Shown here: piece by piece, positions 1-11,579 of the stretch | How positions within the stretch are numbered: position 1 is the first letter of the stretch | Layout: every line of letters begins with the position of its first letter | NCBI RefSeq assembly: GCF_006345805.1 | Contig: NC_043010.1 | Coordinates: forward strand, 13,888,001-13,952,000 | Direction of reading: 5' to 3' | From: Octopus sinensis | Lineage: Eukaryota | Length of the DNA stretch: 64,000 nucleotides | Translations under genes and position numbers: made by a program | The notes under the pieces: model-generated | The model's input: only the letters and a program-made list of their open reading frames with translations | Database searches by the model: none | What the model was told of the DNA's origin: nothing

Positions 1-170
1 GTTACCCGGGAAACTTGAGCAGCAACTGGATCCGCCACAGATAATACTAAATACGGTTGCTCTGCTGCGCTGGGGAAACTGTTTGTTATAGAATTGATTT
101 GCCTCTTGCAAGAGATTCCATGAACACGACTAGCAATAACCAATCAACGAGCTTTATTCATCCTCTCAAA

Positions 171-432
171 TATTACTCTTTTACTCTTTACTCTTTACTC
201 TTTACTCTTTTACTCTTTACTCTTTACTCTTTTACTCTTTACTCTTTACTCTTTTACTCTTTACTCTTTTACTCTTTACTCTTTTACTCTTTACTCTTTA
301 CTCTTTACTCTTTACTCTTTTACTCTTTACTCTTTTACTCTTTACTCTTTTACTCTTTACTCTTTACTCTTTACTCTTTACTCTTTACTCTTTACTCTTT
401 TACTCTTTACTCTTTACTCTTTTACTTGTTTC
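171..432. repeat. (TTTACTC/TTTTACTC)n microsatellite, expanded SINE-A tail
   Basis: Directly visible; ends in TTGTTTCAGTCA, the SINE-A 3' terminus seen at 1945-1975 and 52955-52980. Confidence 0.9.
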
Positions 433-491
433 AGTCACGGCGAGTTAGTTGTCTCACGTAAAGGAGAACAATTCATGAAAGGAAATTCCCA

Positions 492-1813
492 ATACCTATT
501 TCTTTACTACCCACAAGGGGCTAAAAATAGAGGGGACAAACAAGGACAGACAAACGGGTTAAGTCGCTTATATCGACCCCAGTGCGTAACTGGTACTTAT
601 TTAATCGACCCCGAAAGGATGAAAGGCAACGTCGACCTCGGCGGAATTTGAACTCAGAACGTAGCGGCAGATGAAATACCTATTTCTTTATTACCCACAA
701 GGGGCTAAACATAGAGGGGACAAACAAGGACAGACAAACGGGTTAAGTCGCTTATATCGACCCCAGTGCGTAAATGGTACTTATTTAATCGACCCCGAAA
801 GGATGAAAGGCAACGTCGACCTCGGCGGAATTTGAACTCAGAACGTAACGGCAAACGAAATACCTATTTCTTTACTACCCGCAAGGGGCTAAACATAGAG
901 GGGACAAACAAGGACAGACAAACGGGTTAAGTCGCTTATATCGACCCCAGTGCGTAACTGGTACTTATTTAATCGACCCCGAAAGGATGAAAGGCAACGT
1001 CGACCTCGGCGGAATTTGAACTCAGAACGTAACGGGAACGAAATAATACTATTTCTTTACTACCCGCAAGGGGCTAAACATAGAGGGGACAAACAAGGAC
1101 AGACAAACGGGTTAAGTCGCTTATATCGACCCCAGTGCGTAACTGGTACTTATTTAATCGACCCCGAAAGGATGAAAGGCAAAGTCGACCTCGGCGGAAT
1201 TTGAACTCAGAACGTTAGCGGCAGATGAAATACTATTTCTTTATTACCCACAGGGGGCTAAACACAGAGGGGACAAACAAGGACAGACAAACGGATTGAG
1301 TCGATTATATCGACCCCAGTGCGTAACTGGTACTTATTTAATCGACCCCGAAAGGATGAAAGGCAACGTCGACCTCGGCGGAATTTGAACTCAGAACGTA
1401 ACGGCAAACGAAATACCTATTTCTTTACTACCCGCAAGGGGCTAAACATAGAGGGGACAAACAAGGACAGACAAACGGGTTAAGTCGCTTATATCGACCC
1501 CAGTGCGTAACTGGTACTTATTTAATCGACCCCGAAAGGATGAAAGGCAACGTCGACCTCGGCGGAATTTGAACTCAGAACGTAACGGCAAACGAAATAC
1601 CTATTTCTTTACTACCCACAAGGGGCTAAACAAGGACAGACAAACGGATTGAGTCGATTATATCGACCCCAGTGCGTAACTGGTAATTATTTTATCGACC
1701 CCGAAAGGTTGAAAGGCAACGTCGACCTCGGCGGAATTTGAACTCAGAACGTAACGGCAGACGAAATACGGCTACGCATTCCGCCCGGCGTGCTAACGTT
1801 TCTGCCAGCTCGC
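492..1813 (-). repeat. Tandem array of seven ~184-bp SINE-B units with a single tRNA head
   Basis: Unit starts near 493, 677, 861, 1047, 1231, 1414 and 1598; only the last unit carries the A-box head ending at 1813. Confidence 0.92.
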
Positions 1814-1935
1814 CATCAACAGCAAGATAACAACCATCTACCCACCGTGGATTTAATAACGGGTTTGGTTCGAAAATCCGTGAATGTTACCGAATACCTG
1901 AAAAAATACACAGGGTGATTTAACTGTAGCGATAC

Positions 1936-2448
<513 letters not shown>

Positions 2449-2543
2449 CCATTGTTACTTTAACTACCATGATTGGGAAAGAAAGATCCTAAATATATCA
2501 ATACCTTCCACTATAGGCACAAGGTTTCAGTATTTATCAATGT

Positions 2544-2932
2544 GGCGATGTGACTGTGTGGTAAGAAGCTTACTTCCCAACCACATGGTTCCGGGTTCAG
2601 TCCCACTGCGTGGCACCTTGGGCAAGTGTCTTCTACTATAACCTCGGGCCGACCAAAGCCTTGTGAGTGAATTTGATAGTAGACAGAAGTTAAAAGAAGC
2701 CCGTCGTGCAAGCGCATCTGTCTGTCTCTGTGCCCCCCCCCCCGCTTGATAACCGGTGTTGGTGTGTTTACCTCCCCGTAACGTAACGGTTCGGCAAAAG
2801 AAAACCGATAGGATAAGTACCAGGTTTTAAAAATAATAATAACTACTGGGATCGAATCATTCGACTACAAATTTTTCAAGGTGATGCCCCAGCATGGCCG
2901 CAGCTTAATGATTGAAACAAGTAATAAAAAAA
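2544..2932 (+). mobile_element. SINE-A (diverged)
   Basis: Same head and tail as 1936-2448 in the opposite orientation. Confidence 0.8.
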
Positions 2933-3165
2933 ATGCGTATATCCGACAGAACATCAGACAAAATACTTTTTGTTATATTTGGCTAAGTTTGTTTACGGTT
3001 TTTGAGTTAAAGTCTTGTCCAAGATGTCGATACCGATGATAAAAATAAACGCTGATATCGATATAATCGATTGTATCCCAGAAGGCCGCGCCCGTCGCAT
3101 GGCAACAATCCACTGACTAGAACTATTAAAAGAATAAAATATGTTAGTGAATTACTTCATTTTTC

Positions 3166-3583
3166 GGATCTTTTCGGTTTGAACGACAGTTTTTTTTTAA
3201 ATAATTTCCACGTAACTAAACACTTTTAAACTTCGTATACTGGTAGAATGTGTTTATAAAACATCTTTTTCTCTTGGCTTTATTGAGAAAATTCTATAGT
3301 TTGTAAGATATTTGTTGTTGTTTTTTCTTCGATTTCTGCAATTTCAACCAATCAGTGACGTCTATTGAGGTAAAAAAAAAACATTCTGTGCCGTATGAAT
3401 ATGTCCCTCGTTTAAGAAACAGATTGGGTTTATTTACATTTCTGAAGAAAAAAGCTACCCTTACCCCCACCCCTAACCCTAAAACAGATTGAAATGCAAT
3501 AGATCGATTCTAGGGTCATAATTATGGGTGACAATTTCATATGACACCGCTAGAAAAAACTGCCGTTCAAACCGAAAAGATCC
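3166..3583. mobile_element. MITE, Merlin-like (25-bp TIR, 8-bp TSD)
   Basis: TIR GGATCTTTTCGGTTTGAACG(G/A)CAGT; TSD CATTTTTC on both sides. Confidence 0.88.
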
Positions 3584-3830
3584 CATTTTTCAGAAAATGT
3601 CGTTGTTATTATTTTCTATTTCTGTTCCTCGTTCGACTGATAGTCAAACCATGGCCGTTCACCTTTTTCCTCAGATAGTGAGTATCCAGGGTGATGTTTG
3701 TAAACATGTCTTTCATTATATAAAGATTATAGATTTGAGAGCGATTTAGTTGATACATTTTGCAGGTTGAGAGGGCGACGTACAGGATCCCTCGTTAGTT
3801 TGTCTATTAGTAAAATTTCTCAGAACCCCC

Positions 3831-4058
3831 TTAGCCCTTTAGCATTTAAACCAACCATATCTGGCTCAAATATTCTTTGTTTTATGTTCAAACTAGCCAG
3901 GTCCAGTCTCTCACACCTATCCTATAATGTCATTCGAAAAAGAAACAAGTACGTCATTTAAAATCTAGATGCTTATGAGATAATGCATGATTAATTCAAA
4001 ACTATGTGAATAAATAATCATTACAATCCATAGAGTAATTTGAATTGTAAAGGGTTCA
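3831..4058. mobile_element. TTAA-type (piggyBac-like) MITE, diverged
   Basis: TTAGCCCTTT...AAAGGGTTCA ends; internal similarity to 50741-50967. Confidence 0.65.
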
Positions 4059-4074
4059 AAAACATCACAAAATA

Positions 4075-4490
4075 CCTATTTCTTTATTGCCCACGAGGGA
4101 CTAAACATGGAGGGGACGAACAATGACAGGCAAAGGAATTAAGTCGATTACATCGACCCCAGTGTGTAACTGGTACTTAATTATCGACCCCGAAAGGATG
4201 AAAGGCAAAGTCGACCTCGGCGGAATTTGAACTCAGAACGTAGCGGCAGGCGAAATACCTATTTCTTTACTACCCACAAGGGGCTAAACACAGAAAGGTC
4301 AAACAAGGACAGACAAATGGATTAAGTCGATTACATCGACCCCAGTGCGTAACTGGTACTTAATTTATCGACCCCGAAAGGATGAAAGGCAAAGTCGACC
4401 TCGGCGGAATTTGAACTCAGAACGTAACGGCAGACGAAATACGGCTAAGCATTTCGCCTGGTGTGCTAACGTTTCTGCCAGCTCGCCGCC
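4075..4490 (-). mobile_element. SINE-B dimer
   Basis: Head plus two units; TSD AAACATCACAAAATAC. Confidence 0.88.
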
Positions 4491-4689
4491 TTATAAACAT
4501 CACAAAATACTATGACCGAAGAGAGAGTCTAAGCGTGCTCGTTCCCTCTCCAAGAATAAGCAGCCAATTCTTCCTCCAATCAAACAAGGCCCTCTTAAAA
4601 GGACAATATCTCTTCCTGGATACCTTTTTTCGTAGATTTGCTCCATCAGGGGCCGATTTGGGGTTGAGCAACAACGATAACGAAGCAAA

Positions 4690-5430
4690 ACAGAGACTGA
4701 CGATCTTCATCTCAAGTTACCGAGCTTATATAGCATACAACAATGCATCTGCACTTTACAGTTACCTGGATGGTGTAACACAAAGCTCTGTCTTCTCACC
4801 CACTCTTTTTGACATGCATGTACCTCCCACACTTTCACGAAGCATACACGCAGCCTTCATATCCAGATGACATCACACTCACCACTACCACCAACCGCCT
4901 CGCCATTCTCGACACCCAGCTGCAAAACTACTTTAATCCTACATCAATTAATTAGAAACCTGTCGCTAATACACAAAGTATCACAAAGTATCACTTACTA
5001 AATCCACCATCTCTCATCTTACAAACAACACAAGATTAACATCAAATACAAGCAACAACCGAACAGGACGGTGAACAAGATAAACAGATCACACACACAC
5101 ACACATGACAAAAATACTTGGAGTTAAATACAACACCCCGACAATCGACAACCTTCGCGTTACACATGGTAGGCATAGTTAAAGAACGCAAAACGACTTA
5201 CGGAGCCAGATGTGCACAACAGAAAGAAACAAGCATAAAAAAAACATACAAGCAATACATTATATCCACAAGGATTATGCTAGCGCTGCCCGAGTTTCTA
5301 GTCACTCCACAACAAACCACAATAATACTATGAATTATACAAAAACATCCTACCTCAAGTCATTACAGGTTGAGCACACACTACCGACAGAACGAAGCAC
5401 AAATACTAAAAATACAAGACGACACTGAAA
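4690..5430 (+). pseudogene. Degraded non-LTR reverse transcriptase fragment (clade uncertain)
   Basis: GVTQSSVFSPTLFD resembles GVPQGSVLSPxLFN; after a frameshift SYPDDITL resembles SYADD. Confidence 0.55.
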
Positions 5431-5644
5431 TACAATAAGCTTAGGTTGTTACCGCAAGGTAGACCAAATCTACATTCCTTGCTATTGCTTATATTATTAC
5501 ACCACCTTATTAAACAAAGGGATGCATCTAGAGTACCTCAGAACACCAGTCTAAACGATCAAACTAAGCGCCATGTTGCCAGAGATTCTCGAACTCTTTT
5601 TTTTAACTAACGACCTCCATTTTATTTCGTTTATTAAACATTCT

Positions 5645-6065
5645 GGATCTTTTCGGTTTGAACGGCAGTTGTTTCTAACGGTGTCATATGAAATTTTCAC
5701 CCATAATTATGACCCTAGTATCGATCTATTGCATTTCAATCCGCTTTAGGGTTAGCGTTAGGGGTGGGAAGGAGGGTATCTTTTTTTCTTCACAAATGTA
5801 AATAAACCCAATCTGTTTCTTAAACGAGAGACATATTCATACGGCACAGAATGTTTTTTTTACCTCAATAGACATCACTGATTGGTTGAAATTGCAGAAA
5901 TTGAAGAAAAAAAACAACAAATATCTTACAAACAATAGAATTTTCTCAATAAAGCCAAGAGAAAAAGATGTTTTATAAACACATTCTTACCTGTATACGA
6001 AGTTTAAAAGTGTTTAGTTACGTGGAAATTATTTTAAAAAACTGCCGTTCAAACCGAAAAGATCC
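5645..6065. mobile_element. MITE, Merlin-like
   Basis: Both TIRs intact; TSD AACATTCT. Confidence 0.9.
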
Positions 6066-6224
6066 AACATTCTTTTAACGTCACCCCATTTGCTCTCACT
6101 TCAACGAAATCAAATATACCATTGATTACCATTAAAACATTACTTGCAAATAGGTCATTCCATCAATATGACATGGAGTGTCAACACAACATTTCGATCA
6201 GTAATATTAGTTATTTGTTTACTG

Positions 6225-6690
6225 CCCACAAGGGGCTAAACACAGAGGGGACAAACAAGGACAGACAAAGGGATTGAGTCGATTACATCAACCCCAGTGC
6301 GTAACTGGTACTTAATTTATCGGCGGCGAGCTGGCTGAAACGTTAGCACGCCGGGTGAAATGCTTAGCGGTATTTCGTCTGCCGTTACGTTGTGAGTTCA
6401 AATTCCGCCGGGGTCGACTTTGCCTTTCATCCTTTCGAGGTCGATAAATTAAGTACCAGTAACGCACTGGGGTCGATGTAATCGACTTAATACCTATGTC
6501 TGTCCTTGTTTGTCCCCTCTGTGTTTAGCTCCTTGTGGGTAATAAAGAAATAGGTACTTAATTTATCGACCCCGAAAGGATGAAAGGCAAAGTCGACCTC
6601 GGCGGAATTTGAACTCAGAACGTAGCGGCAGGCGAAATACCGCTAAGCATTTCGCCTGGCGTGCTAACGTTTCTCCCAGCTCGCCGCCTT
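6225..6690. mobile_element. SINE-B (minus) interrupted by an inverted SINE-B (plus, 6323-6552)
   Basis: Inner TSD GGTACTTAATTTATCG at 6307-6322 and 6553-6568; outer TSD ATCAGTAATATTAGTT. Confidence 0.88.
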
Positions 6691-7127
6691 ATCAGTAATA
6701 TTAGTTCCAAACACTGACCCGAAACCATCGATTTTTAAGGGAGGAGGAAACCAATTCTGCGGTTCGGCAAAAGACACTGATAGAATAAATACCAGGCTTA
6801 AAAAGACTAAAAGTGGTGCGGTCGAATGAATCTAGCTTAGTACTTATTTCTTCAAGGCGGTGCCCCAGCATGGCCGCAGCCTAATGACTGAAACGGGTAA
6901 AAGATAAAGGATAAAAGAGATAATAAAAGGAAAGACACGTTGGATAATCATGCATTCTTGAAAATAGAATGGCTGGATGTTCGTAGAATTACTTCATCAC
7001 AACTGACAAGAGACGAAATACCAACCACTATTCGTCATGAACAGACGTGGGATACTCTCAACTAAGGCGGAAGCATATTGTTTCGGGAGCTACATATCTG
7101 TCTCACATATTTATAATATATGGGTGT

Positions 7128-7428
7128 GGAGGCACATGGCCTAGTGGTTAGAGCAGCGGACTCGCGGTCGGGGGATCGTGGGTTCGAATCTCAGACCGGG
7201 CAATGTGTGTGTTTATGAGCGAAACACATAAGATCCACGCGGCTCCGGCAGAAGGTAATGGCGAAACTTCTGCTGCCTCTCTCGTCACAACTTTCTCTCA
7301 CTCTTTCCTCCTGCATCTTACAGCTCACCTGCGACGGACCGACGTCCCGTCCAGGTGGGGAACCTATACGCCAAGGAAACCGGGAAAACGGCCCTTATGA
7401 GCCAGGCATGGCTCGAAAAGGAACAACA
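7128..7428 (+). mobile_element. SINE-C1 (tRNA-Arg-like head)
   Basis: TGGCCTAGTGG A box, GGTTCGAATC B box, CTCGCGG anticodon loop; tail CCTGCGACGGACCGACGTCCCGTCCAGG. Confidence 0.85.
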
Positions 7429-7621
7429 TATGTAATATAGAGTGTTAAAAAAAAAGCATTAATCTAAATTATCCACGTAATTAGCAGATAAAAGCACCCT
7501 GTATAAGTGCTCAGTATCTAAAAACGTGACTGAAACATGTCCGTTGATCTTATAAATTGAGTTTACCCACCAGAATTACTAGCAAACCTCGGTTTCAAAT
7601 TTTCCGAATATTTACATTGTA

Positions 7622-8188
7622 TTAGGTTGTCCGGAAAGTTCGTACCGATATTTAAAGGAAAGAAAAAGGTCAATAAATACTTGCAATTACATTTTTAATC
7701 AACCAAATATGAACCATTTTGTTGCACAAAGCGTCTTCATCTTTCCTTTAACTTGAAAATACCCTCTTCCCGGAATTGAGGTAGTTTCATGGCATCTTTT
7801 TACGTCATGGTATCTTTTTACGTCATCCAAGGAATTGAAATTTTTACCATTAAGACTATTCTGCAGAGACCTGAATAAGTGGAAATCCGAAGGAACAATA
7901 TCTGGTGAATATGGAGGGTTTAGTAACACATCCCAGCCGAGCTGCAACAATTTTTGTCTGGTTCCCAAAGCATCAAGTGCCGAAAATGAACTTTCTTATC
8001 TTCCATTTTAAAGGGTTACTGAATTAACACAGGTTATAAGAACATAAACCTTCTTCCATGAAAAGATAGCTTAAACTGTGCTCTAAATGAAGGTGTAGTC
8101 AAATCCTATTTTATGAACTCAACCATGTTCTAAAATAAGTCGAAATGTAAGCTACTATAAATCAGCACGAACTTTCCGGACAACCCAA
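7622..8188 (-). mobile_element. Internally deleted mariner element
   Basis: TIRs TT(A/G)GGTTGTCCGGAAAGTTCGT, TA TSD, and transposase remnant WDVLLNPPYSPDIVPSDFHLFRSLQN (YSPDLAPSD motif). Confidence 0.92.
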
Positions 8189-8865
8189 TACATATTAGAA
8201 TGATCTCCCTTACTTGTCCTTAAAATATTTTGAGCATCCTCGAGAGGGAGTTTTGTTTGCTAATTGCATGAAGAATCTCAATTAATCAAATTCAGTATAC
8301 TGAAAATATAAGATTCTACTGCATATATATATATGTCTATGGAGCACATTTAGTCGTCGGACCCCAAAAGGAGCAGACACCTCGTATAGTCCTCCGGGCC
8401 GTTATGTCATGCCTTTGAGATCATCCAAAAGTTGAAATAATAAATAAAATGAAATAAAAAACAAGAATTTCAAAATATCTCGAGTAAAGACATTAACGGA
8501 AGTGATCTCTTCGCTAAACTGGGTATTTATTTATTTATTGACTAGCATTATGACCTGGCAACGCAGGGTCATAGTGCTAGTGCATGCTTATACAGCTGTG
8601 TGCGTGCGCACATACACGCGAGTACTGTCCAAATCTCCGACCAATCACATCGAGCTAGCTGGCATTCAATTGGCGTATCAAGTTTCGGGCATTTTGATTG
8701 GGTTTGGGATAGAAAATTCACAAAAAAGTCACTTCTATTGATTTTTTATGACTTTGCAAGGTGACTGGAGAAATATAAAGATGTGCACGACGACCCTTGG
8801 ACGGTTTTGAATGACCATAGAAAGTGCGAGCCCTCTAACTGAAAAATTGTGGATTTGTATAAAGG

Positions 8866-8896
<31 letters not shown>

Positions 8897-8924
8897 GACA
8901 TTTTGCCGTTTATATAGAGAGATG

Positions 8925-9232
8925 CGCCCTTTTTCAAGCTTAGCCAGGCTCATGGGCCCGGTTTCCCGGTTTCTATGGCGTATGTGTTCCCCCAGCCGGA
9001 CGGGACGCCAGTCCATCGCAGCGTTACTCAAGAAACAAGAAGAAAGAGTGAGAGAAAGTTGGAGCGAAAGAGTACAACAGTGGTCGCCACCCCCACCCCC
9101 CTTGGCGGAGCCTCGTGGAGCTTTAGGAGTTTTCGCTCAATAAACACACACAACGCCGGGTCTGCGTATCGAAACCGCGATCCTCCGACCGCGAACCTGC
9201 TGTCCTAACCACTGTCCTAACCATTGCGCCTC
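8925..9232 (-). mobile_element. SINE-C mosaic (C2-like head, C1-like tail)
   Basis: The first ~200 nt resemble 25948-26330; the tail resembles 7128-7428. Confidence 0.75.
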
Positions 9233-9659
9233 CACAAACTAGGTATTACGAACGAATTTATTTCCAGCGAACATAACGCTTGCGACAGAAGCCGTTAGAG
9301 TCATCAGCAGATATAAGCGATACGACGTCCTGCCAAATCCGTAAACTGCTTTAACAATAACACTTATGATACTTGTAACTGCGCCCACGAGTGAGAGAGA
9401 GGCTTAAGTAAACTAAAGGCTTATAAAGAGATGTTTACAATCGTCTTTGACACGAGATAAATTAAATTCTTTAGTAAATTTTATTGAAAAAACAGATGCT
9501 GTGTTCTACAAACATTTGCAGAGAATAAATAGCCTTTCCTTTTTTTTTTTTTTTTTGCGTGTGTGTAAGCTTTACATATGTTCCTTTTGGTCATATTCTT
9601 TCGGGTACTGGAAAAACTTCATTTACATCCGTTTTATGATTAGTGACACTAATATTCTA

Positions 9660-10175
9660 TGTGCTGCTGTCTCCAGTGAATCTAACTAGAAAGGGTATGG
9701 CCTGGTCAGCCTGTAATGACATGCATAAGATCTGGTCATCAAATCTAAGAAGAGACTTCAAACTTGAAATCTTCAAAGCCACAGTCGAACTAATTCTACT
9801 ATATGGCTCAGAAACCTGGACGTTATCAAAGAAGCTTGAGAGGAGGTTGGATGGAACTTACACTCACCTCCTTATGAGAGCTCAAAATCTCTCGTGGAAG
9901 CGTCATCCAACCAAAGTACAAACATATGGTAAACTACCACCTGTATCATCCCTTGTGAAAGGTAGGAGAGTCCAGTTTGCTGGACATTGTTGTAGAGCTG
10001 AAAACGAGGCAATTTCTACTCTTCTCCTCTGGAAGCCATCTACTCGCGATGTAATCTCCAGGGATACAGGCATCCAGCAACAGGACTTCCGTAATGCCAT
10101 GATGGACCGTGAAGTCTGGCGTAGCATGGTAAATTCCATTGTCTCGACCACGGTCAAACAATGATGATGATGATG
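9660..10175 (+). mobile_element. RTE-type LINE 3' fragment (family 2)
   Basis: LLYGSETWTL...RRVQFAGHC...REVWRSMV; stop runs directly into a (TGA)n tail; 30-bp in-frame deletion relative to 45622-46060. Confidence 0.88.
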
Positions 10176-10470
10176 AATCTTAAAGAGCTGGGGGATTGAC
10201 AGAAATGAGATTTGCAAATTGTGTAAGTCTAGAAAAAATCGCTGGAGTACATGATGTCTTGCTTCTTTCGGTCTTTCCATGATGACACAATCAAATTTTG
10301 GCTCAAGGCCAGCAGATTCGGGAAAGCGGGATCGTCGATTATATTAACTAAAAGAACTGTTCTCTTTAGGTTTTATATCGTAATAAACACTTTAACCCAA
10401 CATTTGTAAGAGCAACAAAATTCAGCTTGCCCGAGGGAACCAAATCTCCACTAAATTACACCATACCATA

Positions 10471-10633
10471 GGCGCAGGAGTGGCTGTGTGGTAAGTAGCT
10501 TGCTAACCATCCACATGGTTCCGGGTTCAGTCCCACTGCGTGGCATCTTGGGCAAGTGTCTTCTGCTATAACCCCGGGCCGACCAATGCCTTGTGAGTGG
10601 ATTTGGTAGACGGAAACTGAAAGAAGCCTGTCG

Positions 10634-10668
<35 letters not shown>

Positions 10669-10880
10669 ATATGTTTGTGTGTCTGTGTTTGTCCCCCTAG
10701 CATTGTTTGACAACCGATGCTGGTGTGTTTACGTCCCCGTCACTTAGCGGTTCGGCAAAAGAGACCGATAGAATAAGTACTGGGCTTACAAAGAATAAGT
10801 CCCGGGGTCGATTTGCTTGACTAAAGGCGGTGCTCCAGCATGGCCGCAGTCAAATGACTGAAACAAGTAAAAGAGTAAAA
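10471..10880 (+). mobile_element. SINE-A
   Basis: Full head, (TA)n(TG)n core and GAGTAAA tail. Confidence 0.9.
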
Positions 10881-11041
10881 AAGGATATAGATTCTTCGCA
10901 TTAAGAATGCGTTCAGTCAAAAATCTTCTCGATCAGGGCATAGAGTTATTCAAGGGAGACAACCCTACTCATACATATTGTTTATATATGCATCTTCCTG
11001 GATATCGTGATGGTGGTGGTGGTGGTGGTGGTGGTGGTGTG

Positions 11042-11072
<31 letters not shown>

Positions 11073-11152
11073 TGCGCGCGCACGCGCTTGAGAGCAAGGA
11101 TTCTGAATTCTTAAAGATTAAAAAAAATTCATTGAAATTAAACACAAATAAT

Positions 11153-11579
11153 GGATCTTTTCGGTTTGAACGGCAGTTTTTTCTAGCGGTGTCATATGAA
11201 ATTGTCACTCATAATTATGACCCTAGTATCGATCTATTGCATTTCAATCTGTTTTAGGGTTAGGGTTAGGGTTAGGGATGGGGGAAGGGTAGCTCTTTTT
11301 TCTTCACAAATGTAAATAAACCCAATCTGTTTATTAAACGAGGAACATATTCATACGGCACAGAATGTTTTTTTACCTCAATAGACGTCAATGATTGGTT
11401 GAAATTGCAGAAATTGAAGAAAAAAACAACAACAAATATCTTACAAACCATATAATTTTCTCAATAAAGCCAAGAGAAAAAGATGTTTTATAAACACATT
11501 CTACCAGTATACGAAGTTTAAAATTTTTTTAGTTACCTAGAAATTATGTTAAAATCTGCCGTTCAAACCGAAAAGATCC
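11153..11579. mobile_element. MITE, Merlin-like, containing (TTAGGG)4
   Basis: Both TIRs present; no TSD recognisable. Confidence 0.85.

Noticed and set aside
492-1813. CRISPR-like array or tandem tRNA/snRNA gene cluster
   Set aside because: There are no unique spacers; units are whole SINE bodies, and all but one lack the A box.
7128-7205. Functional tRNA-Arg gene (also the other SINE heads)
   Set aside because: The acceptor stem does not close, no terminator T-run follows, and the sequence continues into a SINE body at every copy.
9245-9420. CpG-rich unique segment with short open frames on both strands
   Set aside because: No recognisable domain and no consistent splice partner.
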